The position numbers and the translations under genes are program-made. Under the pieces are notes generated by a model. That model saw nothing but the letters and a program-made list of their open reading frames with translations. It did no database searches and was not told where the DNA came from. Below are positions 15,001 to 27,000 of a stretch of DNA of 64,000 bases, one piece after another; positions within the stretch are counted from its first letter, which is position 1, and each line of letters starts with the position of its first letter. The DNA is from Cenarchaeum sp. (GTDB taxonomy: Archaea > Thermoproteota > Nitrososphaeria > Nitrososphaerales > Nitrosopumilaceae). The stretch is taken from NCBI GenBank assembly GCA_963692915.1, contig OY843584.1:1088001-1152000 (forward strand), written 5' to 3'.

Positions 15001-18000
15001 TCTCCGGCCTGCGCCGCAGTGTCCAGCACGACGCTGATCTCTATTGTGTCACCGGCCATCGCGTGCTGCGCGTGCGCGCCCGTGCGCGCCACGAGGTTCT
15101 CCACGTCGTCATTCGGCGAGGCCTCGCGCAGGACCCTGACGTCCATCGACGTGATGCCCAGGCTGACAGGCGGGCCGTCCAAAAGGTAGACCGCCATTGT
15201 CGCCAGGGTGTTGGGCACGGCGGCGTCATCTGCAGCAGACGTCGTGATCGTGATGGTGTATATCGTGTTGGCCATCGCCGCCGTGCCGACCTCGGCGCGA
15301 AGCCTAGTGCGCGTCTCGTCAAGCGTGACGTCACCGAGCGTGCCGAGTGCGGCGTCTATTCCCACCCAGCTGGCCGCCGGTGTCCCCATCGCCTCGCTGA
15401 ACGTGGCGAGTATTGCGCCGCCGCCGATCTCAAATGATGCGCTGCGCACAGTCGGCCTCACCGTGTCGGCTGCAGGCGTTGCGCTAAACGTCGCCAGCTC
15501 ATTGCCCGCAACGTCAAACAGTCGCGTGGCCGACGCCGTATAGGCGACAAGAACCCCGCCTCCCGTGTGCCCAAGCTCGTCGTGGCGCAGCGTGAATGAC
15601 AGCGGGAGCCCGGAGAGCGTGTACGAGTCAGCCTCGGCTCCCGAGGACGTGATGATCTTTGCGGGGTTGCCTGACGTCGCACCAGAGAGGCTCAAGTCAG
15701 TCCTGCTCACCGTTCCGGTGAGCGCCTCGTTGAACGTGAGCATGACATCAGACGTCGTAGTTGACTTTGCGGACACGAGGGTCGGGGCGACCCTGTCAGT
15801 TATGGGCCGTGTCGGTGCGGCGTATGAGGGCACATGGCCCGCAGAGCCCGTCACGACTGTCATGTTTGGCGTGGGCATTGCCTCATCAGACACGCTCATC
15901 ATGAACTCAAACGTACCGTCGGCAGGCTCGCCGGCTCCGGCGAGCACGAGATAGTCGACGGTCCAGCGCGTCTCGTCTCCGGCGGCCACGCGCGTCATTG
16001 TCACGGTGTTGGCGTCATCGGCCGTGGTGCCAGGATCGTCGGTCTTGCCGTCGAGAAGTATCGTCGGCGGCTCTACAGCATCCTGGTTGAGCGTGACTGT
16101 GAGGCGTATCGTGTCACCGGCGCGCGCATAGTTCGAGTACGGCGCTGCGCGCGCCGAGAGCGCCCCCATCGAGTCGGCCTCGAGGACAGTGTACGAGATC
16201 GCCGTCGCGAGCGGAACCATCGTGTCGACTGTCACGGTGCCCACGAGGTCAGCTGCGGGGCTGTTGGATGCCGGAGAGGCATCACCAATATCCGTGGTGG
16301 CCCTGAGCGTGTACTGCGCGTCAGCTGCGGCGAGCGGAAGCGTGAGCGCGACTATCTCGGGGGAGCCGGTGACCGGGGCCACGGTGACGCCGGCCACGGG
16401 CGTCGTCCTGCCAGTCGACGTCGTGTCACCGGCCTCTAGGTAGACTGTCGTGCCAGAGACCGTGGAGGCGTCAAGTGCCTCGCTGAACGTGGCGTGTATC
16501 GTTCGCGTCGGCAGTTGCTGAAGCACGGACACGAGCGTCGGCGGCACGCTGTCGGCTACCATGACTGGGCTCTGCGGCGTGATTGCCGCAAGCTCGCGGT
16601 CGATCCTGTCAATCACGCGTCCGGCCGCAGAGGTGCCCAGGGCGTACTCTAGTGTCGGCGTTGCGCCAGTCGGGAGCGGCGCGTGCGACATTGTCATCAC
16701 TGTGCCCGATATGGAGACAGAGCCTGTCGCCGCCTGCGCACCGGCATTCTTTATGGCCCAGTGGCCTGCGCGCTCGGCGGCGGTCCCGCCGTTAAACCTC
16801 ACTATCTCGTTGAATTCCACCGTTGTCGTAGTCGTCGACGTCATTGTGGCCGAGACGACTGTTGGGGGGTTGTGGTCCACTATTGGCCACAGTGCGGCAA
16901 AGCGCGCCTCATTAATGTCATTATTCCCACTGTCGTTGACACATGCGTGAGCTCGCGTGTTTGCGTCCCTGGTGCAGTCGGCGCCTCGCGTGAACGTTGC
17001 CTCGTTGCCCACCGGAATGTCAACCGTTGTAAACACTGGCACTAGCTGGCCCTCCGGGATGCCCGTGGTCACAGTCAGCGTGTGTGTCCAGTTGTCGTTA
17101 GCAGCATCATAGGAAAGTGGACGTGATGTGTCATCATCAAAGTATTTGACCTTCGCAGACGCTATGGCGTATGGCGGATCAGCGCACTGTGGCTCTGGTA
17201 GACGGCAATCCGGATCATCTGGGCCATTTGGCGTGTATGACGGTATCTCCGGCCGCACTGTTACGGTGTCTCCGGCCTTTACGAGCAGTGTGCCATAACC
17301 CACTGACGGGTCTGCGGCCGGAAGGCGCGCCCTGCTCACGTCAAGATTGACGGTGTATGCCTCCGGCCCAGCCCTGTCTAGCATGCGCTCATTGGGCACA
17401 ACTAGCCTCTCTGCGCCCACCCGCAGCGCATTGCCGGCCACGTCAGTCAGCGCAGTGTCCGTGTACTGGAGGGTGGCGCCATGGTCTCGTTCGCGCTTGC
17501 CCTCATAGTAGCCGATCTGCGTGGAGGAGAGCAGGGCGTGTACAATGACAATCTCACTTGACGGGGATGATGGTGGTATAGAGAGCGTCAGCGCGGCGGG
17601 TTTATCAGGCAGTGAGAGTCCCTGGACACTTGGAAAAGTGCTGGACGAGGACTCCTCGTCACGGATAATCCACGAGTTGAGTCTCGTCGAGCCCGCCATG
17701 GGCTCGCTAAACTGCACGAGCATCGAGGTCGGGCCCGTTATGTGGACCACGCCGATGACCGGCCGCACCCTGTCAGTCGCCTCGGTGCCGCCGTCGTCGA
17801 CGTCAGAGCCGCCGGTGCCGCCCTCCTTGAGATCGCCGTCGGCATACGCGACGCGCGGCGTAGCGCCAGTCGAGGAGAGCGCGCCGTGCGTGATGAGCAG
17901 GCGCGTGGCAGTCGAGGCGTCCGGTATGGCAATCGGGGAGCCCGCCGTGGCCGCAGTAGCCGTCGCGACGCCGCCGGCCGAGGCAGTCGCCACTCTCGAT

Positions 18001-21000
18001 GGCGTGAGCACCACGTCAGCCGAGCCGGTGTCGTTGTCGGTGACCGTCCAGTCCGTCACGTCGAGCGTGCCGGCGAGCGTGCCGCCGTGAAAGGTCACGA
18101 GCGTCGTCGTGAGGCTCCTCGTGGCGGCCTCGAATGTGGCAGGCGCCGCGTACGTCGCGCTCGCCGTGGCGCCCGTGGCAAACGCGTTGCCGGCGAGGTC
18201 GGCCAGGCCCGCCGGCAGCGTGACGGTGTGCTCGACCTCGGCCGCGTCGGCGGCGAGCGTGAGGGTGATCGTGCGGGCCGTCGCGTCATAGGCGACGGGC
18301 TTCACCGGCGGGCTGGCGCTCGGGTTCGCCGTGGCCAGCGGGACGGCGTCGGGGCTGCCGTCCGAGTCGGCGTCTGGCACCGTCACGCCGAACGTATAGC
18401 CCTCCACCTGCGCCTGCGTGTTGAGGAGCGCCTCGCCTGCCGTGATGACGAGCGTCCTGGCCGCCGTGAACTCCGCAGTCGCCGTCGGCGCAGTCAGGTC
18501 TATGGTCGGCACGGTGACGGTGACTCCGGTGTCCAGGCCGGCGGCCTGCATGATGGGCGACGTGTTGCCCGCCGCGTCAGCCGCCGCGATCGTGAACGTA
18601 TATGCCGCCTCAGTCCAGGAGGACATCACGAGCAGGTCGTGGTGCCACGTCGTGGCCAGCGCGTCGCCGTTGTCGCCCATCGCGGTTCCCGCCGCCGTCC
18701 GGCCGGGCACCTCTATCGTCGGCGTGCCGGCGGCGTTCTCGTTGAGCGTCAGTATCAGGCGGATCGTGTCCCCGTTGCTTGCGCTCAGCGCGCTGTCACC
18801 GGTCTTTAGCGTGGCGGGAGCCGGCGTGCCGTCGTACACCTCGAAGGCTATCGAGCTTGCGACCGGCGCAGTCATGTCCGGCGCCGTGTACGTCGCGTCT
18901 GCCTCATCGCCGGCCACTATCGTGTTGGGCGTCGCGGCCTCGTCCATGATCGTGCCGGGCGCGCTTATCGTGTACTCTGTGCCGTCAGTCGCGCCGGAGA
19001 CGGTGAGCGTGTACGTGGTGGCGTCGCCGACGACAAGGGCCGCGTTCGACACCGTGAGGCCGCCGTCCGCCGTCCATCCCGTGGTGACCTCGGTCACGTC
19101 CTCGGTGAACGTGACTTCGATCGTGTCAGCCGCCGTGAACTCGGCGGACTCTATGGACGGCCTGACCTTGTCGGCGGCCTCGACCGGGTTTGCGCCCGTC
19201 GGGCGCAGCGCGACGTCGTCGGGGTCGAGCAGCCCGCCGGCGGCGTCCGTGTACGCGACGTCCGGCGTCGCGTCGGCGGCCTGCGCGCTGGCCAGCGTGA
19301 GCGTGATCGTGTCGGTGGCCGACGTTATCGTGATCGCGGCGTCGCCGACCGTCGTCAGCAGGCCTGCCGTGACGGAGTCGGGCTGCTGGCCGGCCACCGT
19401 CCACGCCATGCGCGCGGTGCTGCCGTCAAGATCATCGGAGAACTCGACGGTGACTGACGTCGGCGTGACAAGCTCCGCGAGCGTTATCGTCGGCGGCGCG
19501 TTGTACGTCGCCGTCTCGGTCTCGCCGGCCACTATCGTGTTGGGCACCGTGGCCACGTCCGCGATCGTGCCGGGCGCGTTCACCGTGTACGACCTGCCGT
19601 CCACGGCGTTGCCGTCCAGCTCGAGCGTGTACGTGCTGCCCGAGTGATCCGCGGTGTCCACGTCGAGGCTGCCCACCGTGTCGGTCAGCGACCAGCCCGC
19701 GGTGACCTCGGTCACCGGCTCGGTGAAGGTGACGGTGATCATGTTGGGCTCCGTGAACGTGGCAGACTCGATGGACGGGGCGATCCCGTCGGCGGCCTCG
19801 ACCGGGTTTGCGCCCGTCGGGCGCAGCGCGACGTCGTTGGGGTCGAGCAGCCCGCCGGCGGCGTCCGTGTACGCGACGTCCGGCGTCGCGTCGGCGGCCT
19901 GCGCGCTGGCCAGCGTGAGCGTGATCGTGTCGGTGGCCGACGTTATAGTGATCGCGGCGTCGCCGGCCGTCGTCAGCAGGCCTGCCGTGACGGAGTCGGG
20001 CCGCTGGTCGGCCACCGTCCACGCCGTGCGCGCGGTGCTGCCGTCGAGCGCCACGGAGAACGTGACGGTGACTGACGTCGGCGTGTCGAGCGTGGCGGCC
20101 ACTATCACCGGCTGCGCGCGCGTGGCCGCAACGCCGGCGTCGGCGTACGGCAGGTATGCGGCGTTGGCCAGCCGCGACGTCGGCGTGACGGTGTGGGTAG
20201 CCGAGGACGCGTCTTCGGCTAGCGTGAGCGTGACGGTGAGTGCGTTGGCGTCATAGGCCACGGGGTCAGTCGAGGCCAGCGCGACGGCGTCAGGCAGGGC
20301 GTCTGCGTCGATGCCGTCAGGCACCGTCACGCCAAAGTTGCCGGCCACCACGGTCTCTGGCGCCAGCGCGTCATCAAAGGTGAGGACAATTGTGCGCGCG
20401 CCGGTGATCTTGGCCGTGAACGTCGGTGCCGTGGTGTCGTACGTCACGGCGGGGAGACTCGCGGGGTTCTCGACGTACGCGTTGCTGCTTGGGTCTATTA
20501 TGCTGCCCTCGCCCATGATCCCCAGCGTGTACATTGTCCCGTCGGGGGAGCTCGAGGCGCCGGGCGCCACCGTGAACGTTACCGTGTTACCTGCGACGGT
20601 CACCGTGCCGGCCGTGAGTGCAGTGGCTCCCGCGCTGCCCGTCAGGACAAAGGTGACCCCTCCAGGGGTCAGCGCGGCCAGACTCTCGCTAAAGGTCATC
20701 CTCACGCTCGCGCCGCCGAGTATAAACTCGGCGCGATCCACCACAGGGGGCGCACGATCGGTGACGGACCTGGCCATCAAAGCCTCGCCCTTGCCCACGA
20801 GGGGGGTGCCCCCTGCGTTAGAGAGCACGTTGGCGCCCTCTGACGGACGAGTGTACGACACGGTACTCCTGTTAATCGCAGTCAGGTCGCCGGAGGAGCC
20901 GTCGGGGTCAGTCAGGCCCGTGGAGGGGCGCGGCTGCTCAAACGTGAGGAGGACAGAGCGCGCCGTCTCAAGCATGGTCGGCACGACTGTCCTTACAGTC

Positions 21001-24000
21001 GAGCCGCCCACTTTCCACTCGCCAGGCGCCGTCGTGCCGCTGACGGACCTGCTAAAGTCGATCCTCATGGTGCTCGCCGACGTGAGCACGGCGTCGATTG
21101 CGGGGAGCGGCACGTACTCTACGGTGCCCGGCACGCGCACGGCGGTGAGGGCATCATTTCCGAGCGAGTCCGTCGTTCCGGTCACGCGCAGTATGAACGC
21201 GCTGCCTGTGGCCACACCGCCGGCCAGCGGGAACCTCAGGCCCGTGTCCGGGCCATAACCCTCGTCCTCCGGGTCAAAGGAGGCACTGGCGGTGCCCGTC
21301 TGGGCAACAGTGCCGGAGCTGAGGGAGATCTCCAGGCCCTCGTCGCCCTGCAACACGACGGCATCATCAAAGAGGATCTCGGCTATGAACGCGCTTGTAA
21401 AGCGGCCCACCTGGGGCTTCGGCTCGATGCCGTCAGCGGCGCGGACGGGGGTGTCACCCGTCGAGAGCATGGTGTTGCCAGACGCGTCGGCCAGGCGCAC
21501 CTGCCCGGCATCGAGCGCAGTCGAGGCGTCGTACGCAAAGTCCGGCGTCGAGGCCGAGGAGGCAAGCGTGGGATGGTTGATGTTCACGCTGCCCGTAGAC
21601 GACGCGGTGAGCAGGGTCGCGGTGGCCGAGTCAATGCCATTGGCTGTCATCTTTGTGCCGTCCTGGCCCTCCGTGAACGACCAGTCAACTGCGCGTATCG
21701 TGCCGTCGACAGGCTCGCTAAAGGTGATCGTCGTGGCGTCCAGCTCCAGCGTCTTGGCCGTGAACGTCGGCGGCGCCTTGTCAGATACTGCCGTGGCCGT
21801 GGCCATCTCGCCGGCAGCAGCAATGTCGTTGCCAGAGGCGTCTGTGATCGTGTTAGACACAGTACCAGGGACGGTCGCGGGGCGCGTATAGACCACGTTC
21901 GCCGGCGTGATCGCCACGAGCGGGCCGGTGCCATCAGGGTCGGCCAGTGCCGTGCCCACGCGCGAGGCTGACAGCGTGAGGACGATCTCCTCGACAGAGG
22001 ACGGCGCGGATGGCGTGACTGTGCTGACCGTCAAGCCGGCGACTCTCCACTCATCAGGTGCTGTCACGCCGTTGACAGGCTCGCCAAAGTCGATCGTAAC
22101 GGTGCTCGCAGACGTGAGGCTTGCGGTGAACGCCGGTCCGATCGTGTCCGTCAGCGGGAGCGTGACCGCAACGCCGGCGCCGCCGTACGGCAGGTATGCG
22201 GCGTTGGTCAGCAGCGACGTCGGCGTGATCGTGTGGGCCACGCCGCGCGTCGCATCACCGGCGAGCAGGAGCGTGACTGTGAGCGCATCTGCGTCATAGG
22301 TGACAGCGCCTGTTGAGGCCAGCGCGACGCTGACGGGGGAGCCGCCCTGCGTAGAGTTGGGCACCGTCACGCCAAAGTTGCCGGCCACGACTGTCCTCTG
22401 CGCGAGCAGCTCGTTAAAGGTGAGCACGATGGTGCGATCGCCGGAGAACGCCGCGCGGAACGTCGGCGGCGTCGTGTCGTACGTCGCGCTCACCGAATCC
22501 TCAAACGCGTTGCCGTTCACGTCCTCTATGGTGCCCCCGCCGATCGTTAGCGCGTAAAGAGTCCCGTCATCAGCACTCGAGACGCTAGACGCCAGCGGGA
22601 GCGTTATCGTGCTGCCCGAAGCCGTCACCACGCCGACTGTGGGAATCGGCGCTCCGGTCACCACGCTGCTCAGCGCAAAGGTGAGCCCCGAGGGCAGCGT
22701 GGCTAGCGTCTCGGTAAAGGTCAGCGTCATGCCGTTGCCGTCAGTCGCAAAGACTGCGCGATCCAGCCTTGGGTTGGCCTCGTCGGTCACTGCCGTGGAC
22801 ATGGCCCTCGAGCCGGCGGCGGCAAGGTCGTTGCCGGAGAGGTCCGTGATCGTGTTAGACGCAGTCGTCGTGCCGGTCGCGGGGCGCGTATAGACCACGC
22901 TCGTCGCGCTGAGCGCAGTCAGGCCGCTGGCGCCATCGGGGTCAGACAGGTCAGTCGTCGCGCGCTCCGTGGCTAGCGTGAGGGTGATCTCCCTGACCGA
23001 GGACGGCGAGGACGTCGAGGACGGCTCGACCGTGCTGACTGCCGAGCCGGCGACGATCCACTCTTCAGGGGCGGTGGTGCCGCGGACGTCCTCGTCAAAC
23101 CTGATCGTCACGGTGTCCGCAGACGTGAGCGTCGCGCTGAACGTCGGCGCAGTCGTGTCTGGCGTGTATGTCGTCTCTGACACGACGGCGACGAGCGCGT
23201 TGCCGGCCAGGTCGGTGATCACACTCGTCAGCTGCACGGCCCACGACCCTGCCAAGTTTGCCATGGCATCCACGGTGAGGACGGCGCCCTCGGCGATAGC
23301 ACCCCTATTCTGCTGCTGGACGCCTGACGTAAGCGGCGGGGCGACATTCACGGTGAACGTGTCCGGCGTCACGATCACCTCGTTGAACGTGATCACAATC
23401 GAGGTGCCCCTAAAGAACGCCGGCATTGCCGCATCAAGCGTCGGTGCGGTTCGGTCCACGGTGGGCAGCTCGACTGTGATGTCTCCGGTGTGGCCGTCCT
23501 CGGCCGTTATCTGTCCGTCGATGCCGGCTGCATCCTCGACATCTATGGTAAAGTCAAATGGCGCGACAGACGACGTCTCGGGAGTCGTGGCCGACACGGC
23601 GAGGTCATAGTGCCACGTGCTCGCGTCGCTGCCGCCCGTGTTCACCATGGACTGGTCCGTGAGCCCGCCGACGTCGATCTCCGGCGTGCCAGAGGCATCC
23701 TCGCCGAGCGTGAGCAGGAGGCGGATCGTGTCACCGGCAGCAGCTTGGAGCGCCGAGGCGCCGGACTTTAGCGTGGACAGCTCCAGCGTGTCACCCGTGC
23801 CCGAGCCGTCCGTGTCGGTGTCATCATACACCTCAAAGGATATCTCAGTAGCCCTCGGCGGCGCGTCATAGGTGCCCGTGGCAGCCGCGTCGGCGTACGC
23901 GTTGCCGGCCAGGTCAGTCAGCGTGGATGGCAGTGCCACAGAGTATGCTCCCGGCGCGTATGTGGCATCGAGCACGGTGACGACCGCACCGACTGGCATG

Positions 24001-27000
24001 GTGTTTCTGGCCATCGCATCAGACGCGCCTGACGGCGGCGTGACAGTCAGCGTGGTCGGAGAGACGACTGTCTCGCTGAACGTGAGGACGATCGAGGTGC
24101 CCGAGAAGGCAGTCGTCGTGAGCGTCGGCGCCGTGCGGTCTATGGTCGGCACGCTGAACGTGATGCCGCCGGCAAGCATGGTATCCTGCGTTATGGGCAC
24201 AGGGTTGTTCCCCACTGTGATCGAGAACGTGAACGGCGCAGTGGACGACGTCTCGACTGTCGTGGCGCCCACGATAATGTCGTGGTGCCACGTCGAGGCG
24301 TCAGCGTCACCGGCGTTGCCCATCGGCGTCGCAGTCGGCGTCCTGCCCATGCCGGGCACCGTCACTGACGGCGCGGTGGCGACGTCCTTGTCGAGCGTGA
24401 GCGCGAGGCGGATCGTGTTGTCGGCCATCGCGTGGAGCGCCGAGGCGCCGGACTTTATCGTTAACAGGTTCAGCGTGTCGGCCGTTCCGGAGCCGTCCGT
24501 GTCAGTGTCGCCGTACACCGCAAAGGAGATCACAGTCGCCATCGGCAGCGAGTCGTACTCGGCGCCTCCAGGCACGGCCGTGTTGGCAGTTATGATGTTC
24601 ATCGCCGCGTCGCGTATATCGCTCAGGACCAGGGCGTACGTGCCATCGACCACATGGTCGGCCAGCGTGAAGCGCAGGCCGGTGTCCGGCCCGTGCACGG
24701 CGCCGGGCGGATCAAAGGGGTTGGGGGCCATCTCCGTGGATTCTGGCGCCGTGCCCGTGGTGGCCTCGATGCCGTTGAGGGTGACCGACAGGGGCTTGTC
24801 GGTGGGCCTTATGACGGCCTCGCTAAAGATGACCTCGACGGTGTTCGACGCCGTAAAGCTGCCCTCCACAGGGACCGGCCCCACGCCGTCGGCGGCCACG
24901 ACGGGGCTGTCGAGCGTGGAGCCCACGAGGTTGCCGGCCTTGTCGGCCAGAAGCGCCTGCCCCATGGCCATCTCCTGATCGGTCAGGGTCGGCTGCACGT
25001 ACGAGACCTCCGGCGTCGAGCCCGTCGATTGGAGACTGGCGTGGGTGAGGAGCATTGAGGCCGCCCCGCCTGACCCGATCGTGATTGCTGGCAATGGCGT
25101 CCCGGTGTCCAGGGTCACGCCCGTGATGGCGAGCGGGGCGCTCCCGTCCGAGATTGACCAGTCGGTCGCGCGCACCGTGCCCACTAACGGCTCTGTGAAG
25201 TGGATCCTCGTGTGCTCCAGGGATCGCGTCAGGGGCGTGAACGTCGGCGGCGTGGTGTCCTCCACGGCCGAGAAGGTCCCGTCGGCCAACGCGTTGCCGG
25301 CCGTGTCGACTATCGAGTCGACCCTGCCGTCGGCCTGCGCGTCAAGGGTGAGCACTATCGTGTCAAGGCTAAACTGGGAGTAGACGTCAAACCTTCTAAC
25401 GTCTAGCATGGCCGTGGCGAGCTGCGACGGCATGTCATAGACGACAGAGTCGGCGGTGACCGAAGTGTCCGTGCTGGCGCCAGGCGCCCTCCCGCTGAAC
25501 GTCCAGTCGTCCTCTGTCGGCAGGGTCTTGCCGGTGGCATGCAAGACGGGCTCGGAGAAGGTCACGGTGTGAACGTTGGTAACCGCGTCAGTCAGCGGCC
25601 TCTCTACCGTAAACATCGGAGGCGCGCCGTCGGTGACTGTCGCAGCCGTGGCCGTGCCGCCAGCAGAGTCCACAAGGTAGAGCATTGCAGAGTTTTGGAT
25701 CGTGCTGGTGCCCGTCGACGGGCGCGTATAGACCACGTTTGCCGTGGTGATCGCAGTCAGGCTGTCGGTGCCGTCAGGGTCCTCCAGGCCCGTGGAGGGG
25801 CGCGCCGCATCAAGCGTGAGGACGATCTCTGTGTCGCCAAAGGGCGAGGACGGCGTGACGGTTCTGACTGTAGAGCCGGCCACTGCCCACTCGCCGAACG
25901 CCGTCGCGCCAACGACTGGATCGCTAAACGTGATCGTCACGGTGTCCGCAGACGTGAGCGTCGCGCCAAACGTCGGCGCAGTCGTGTCCACCGCGTACGT
26001 GGCCATCACGGAGGCGGTGGCAAGCTCGTTGCCCGAGACGTCCGTTATGTCCGTGGAGAGCGCGACAGAATACTCGCCAGCAGTAGGCGGGGAGATCGGG
26101 ACTGCCACCCGAATCTCGCCGTCACTGTGAGCCACGGTCACGCCGCCAGTGGTGGACGCAGGCGTCGTGACCTGCAGGCTCGAGGGCATGTTGTTGACCG
26201 GCTCGCTGAACAGGATGGCTATCGCGTCGCCAAAGAAGACGGCCCTGGCCGTAGGCGCCACACTGTCAGTCACTGCCGTGGCCGTGGCCGTCCCGCTGGC
26301 GGTGGCAACAAGGTCGTTGCCGACGCCGTCGGCGAGCGTGTTGGACGCAGTCGCCGAGTCCGCCGCCGGACGCGTATAGACCACGTTCGCCGCGGTGAAC
26401 GCAGTCAGGCTGCCGGTGCCGTCAGGGTCTTCCAGGCCCGTGGAGGGGCGCGCCGCATCAAGCGTGAGGACGATCTCGTCAACCGAGGACGGCGAGGAGG
26501 GCGTGACTGCGCTGACCGTAGAGCCGGCAACCGTCCACTCTCCGGGCGCCGTCGTGCCGCTGACATTCTCGTCAAACTCGATCGTCACGGTGTCCGCAGA
26601 CGTGAGGCTTGCGCTGAACGTCGGCGCAGTAGAGTCTGGCGCGTATGTCGCAGTCACCGTGGCCGGCGAGGCAAACGCATTGCCGGCAAGGTCGGCCAGC
26701 AGGGTCGGCAGCGTGATGGTGTGCACGATGTTCAACGTGGCATCATCGGCGAGCGTGAGGGTGATCGTGAGGGCCGTGGCGTCATAGGCCGGCGGGTTGG
26801 AGCTGTCCAGCGAGACAGCCTTGGTAGTTCCGCCAGAGCTGGTGTCTGGCACCGTCACGCCAAACGTATAGCCCGCTATATCCAAGGCCGTGTTGGCGAG
26901 GGCCTCGTCGAGCGTGATGGCGACCTTTCTGATTGCCGTGAAGTCCGCCTCGGCCGTGGGTGCCGTGAGGTCTATGGTCGGCACGCTGACGGTGACTCCG

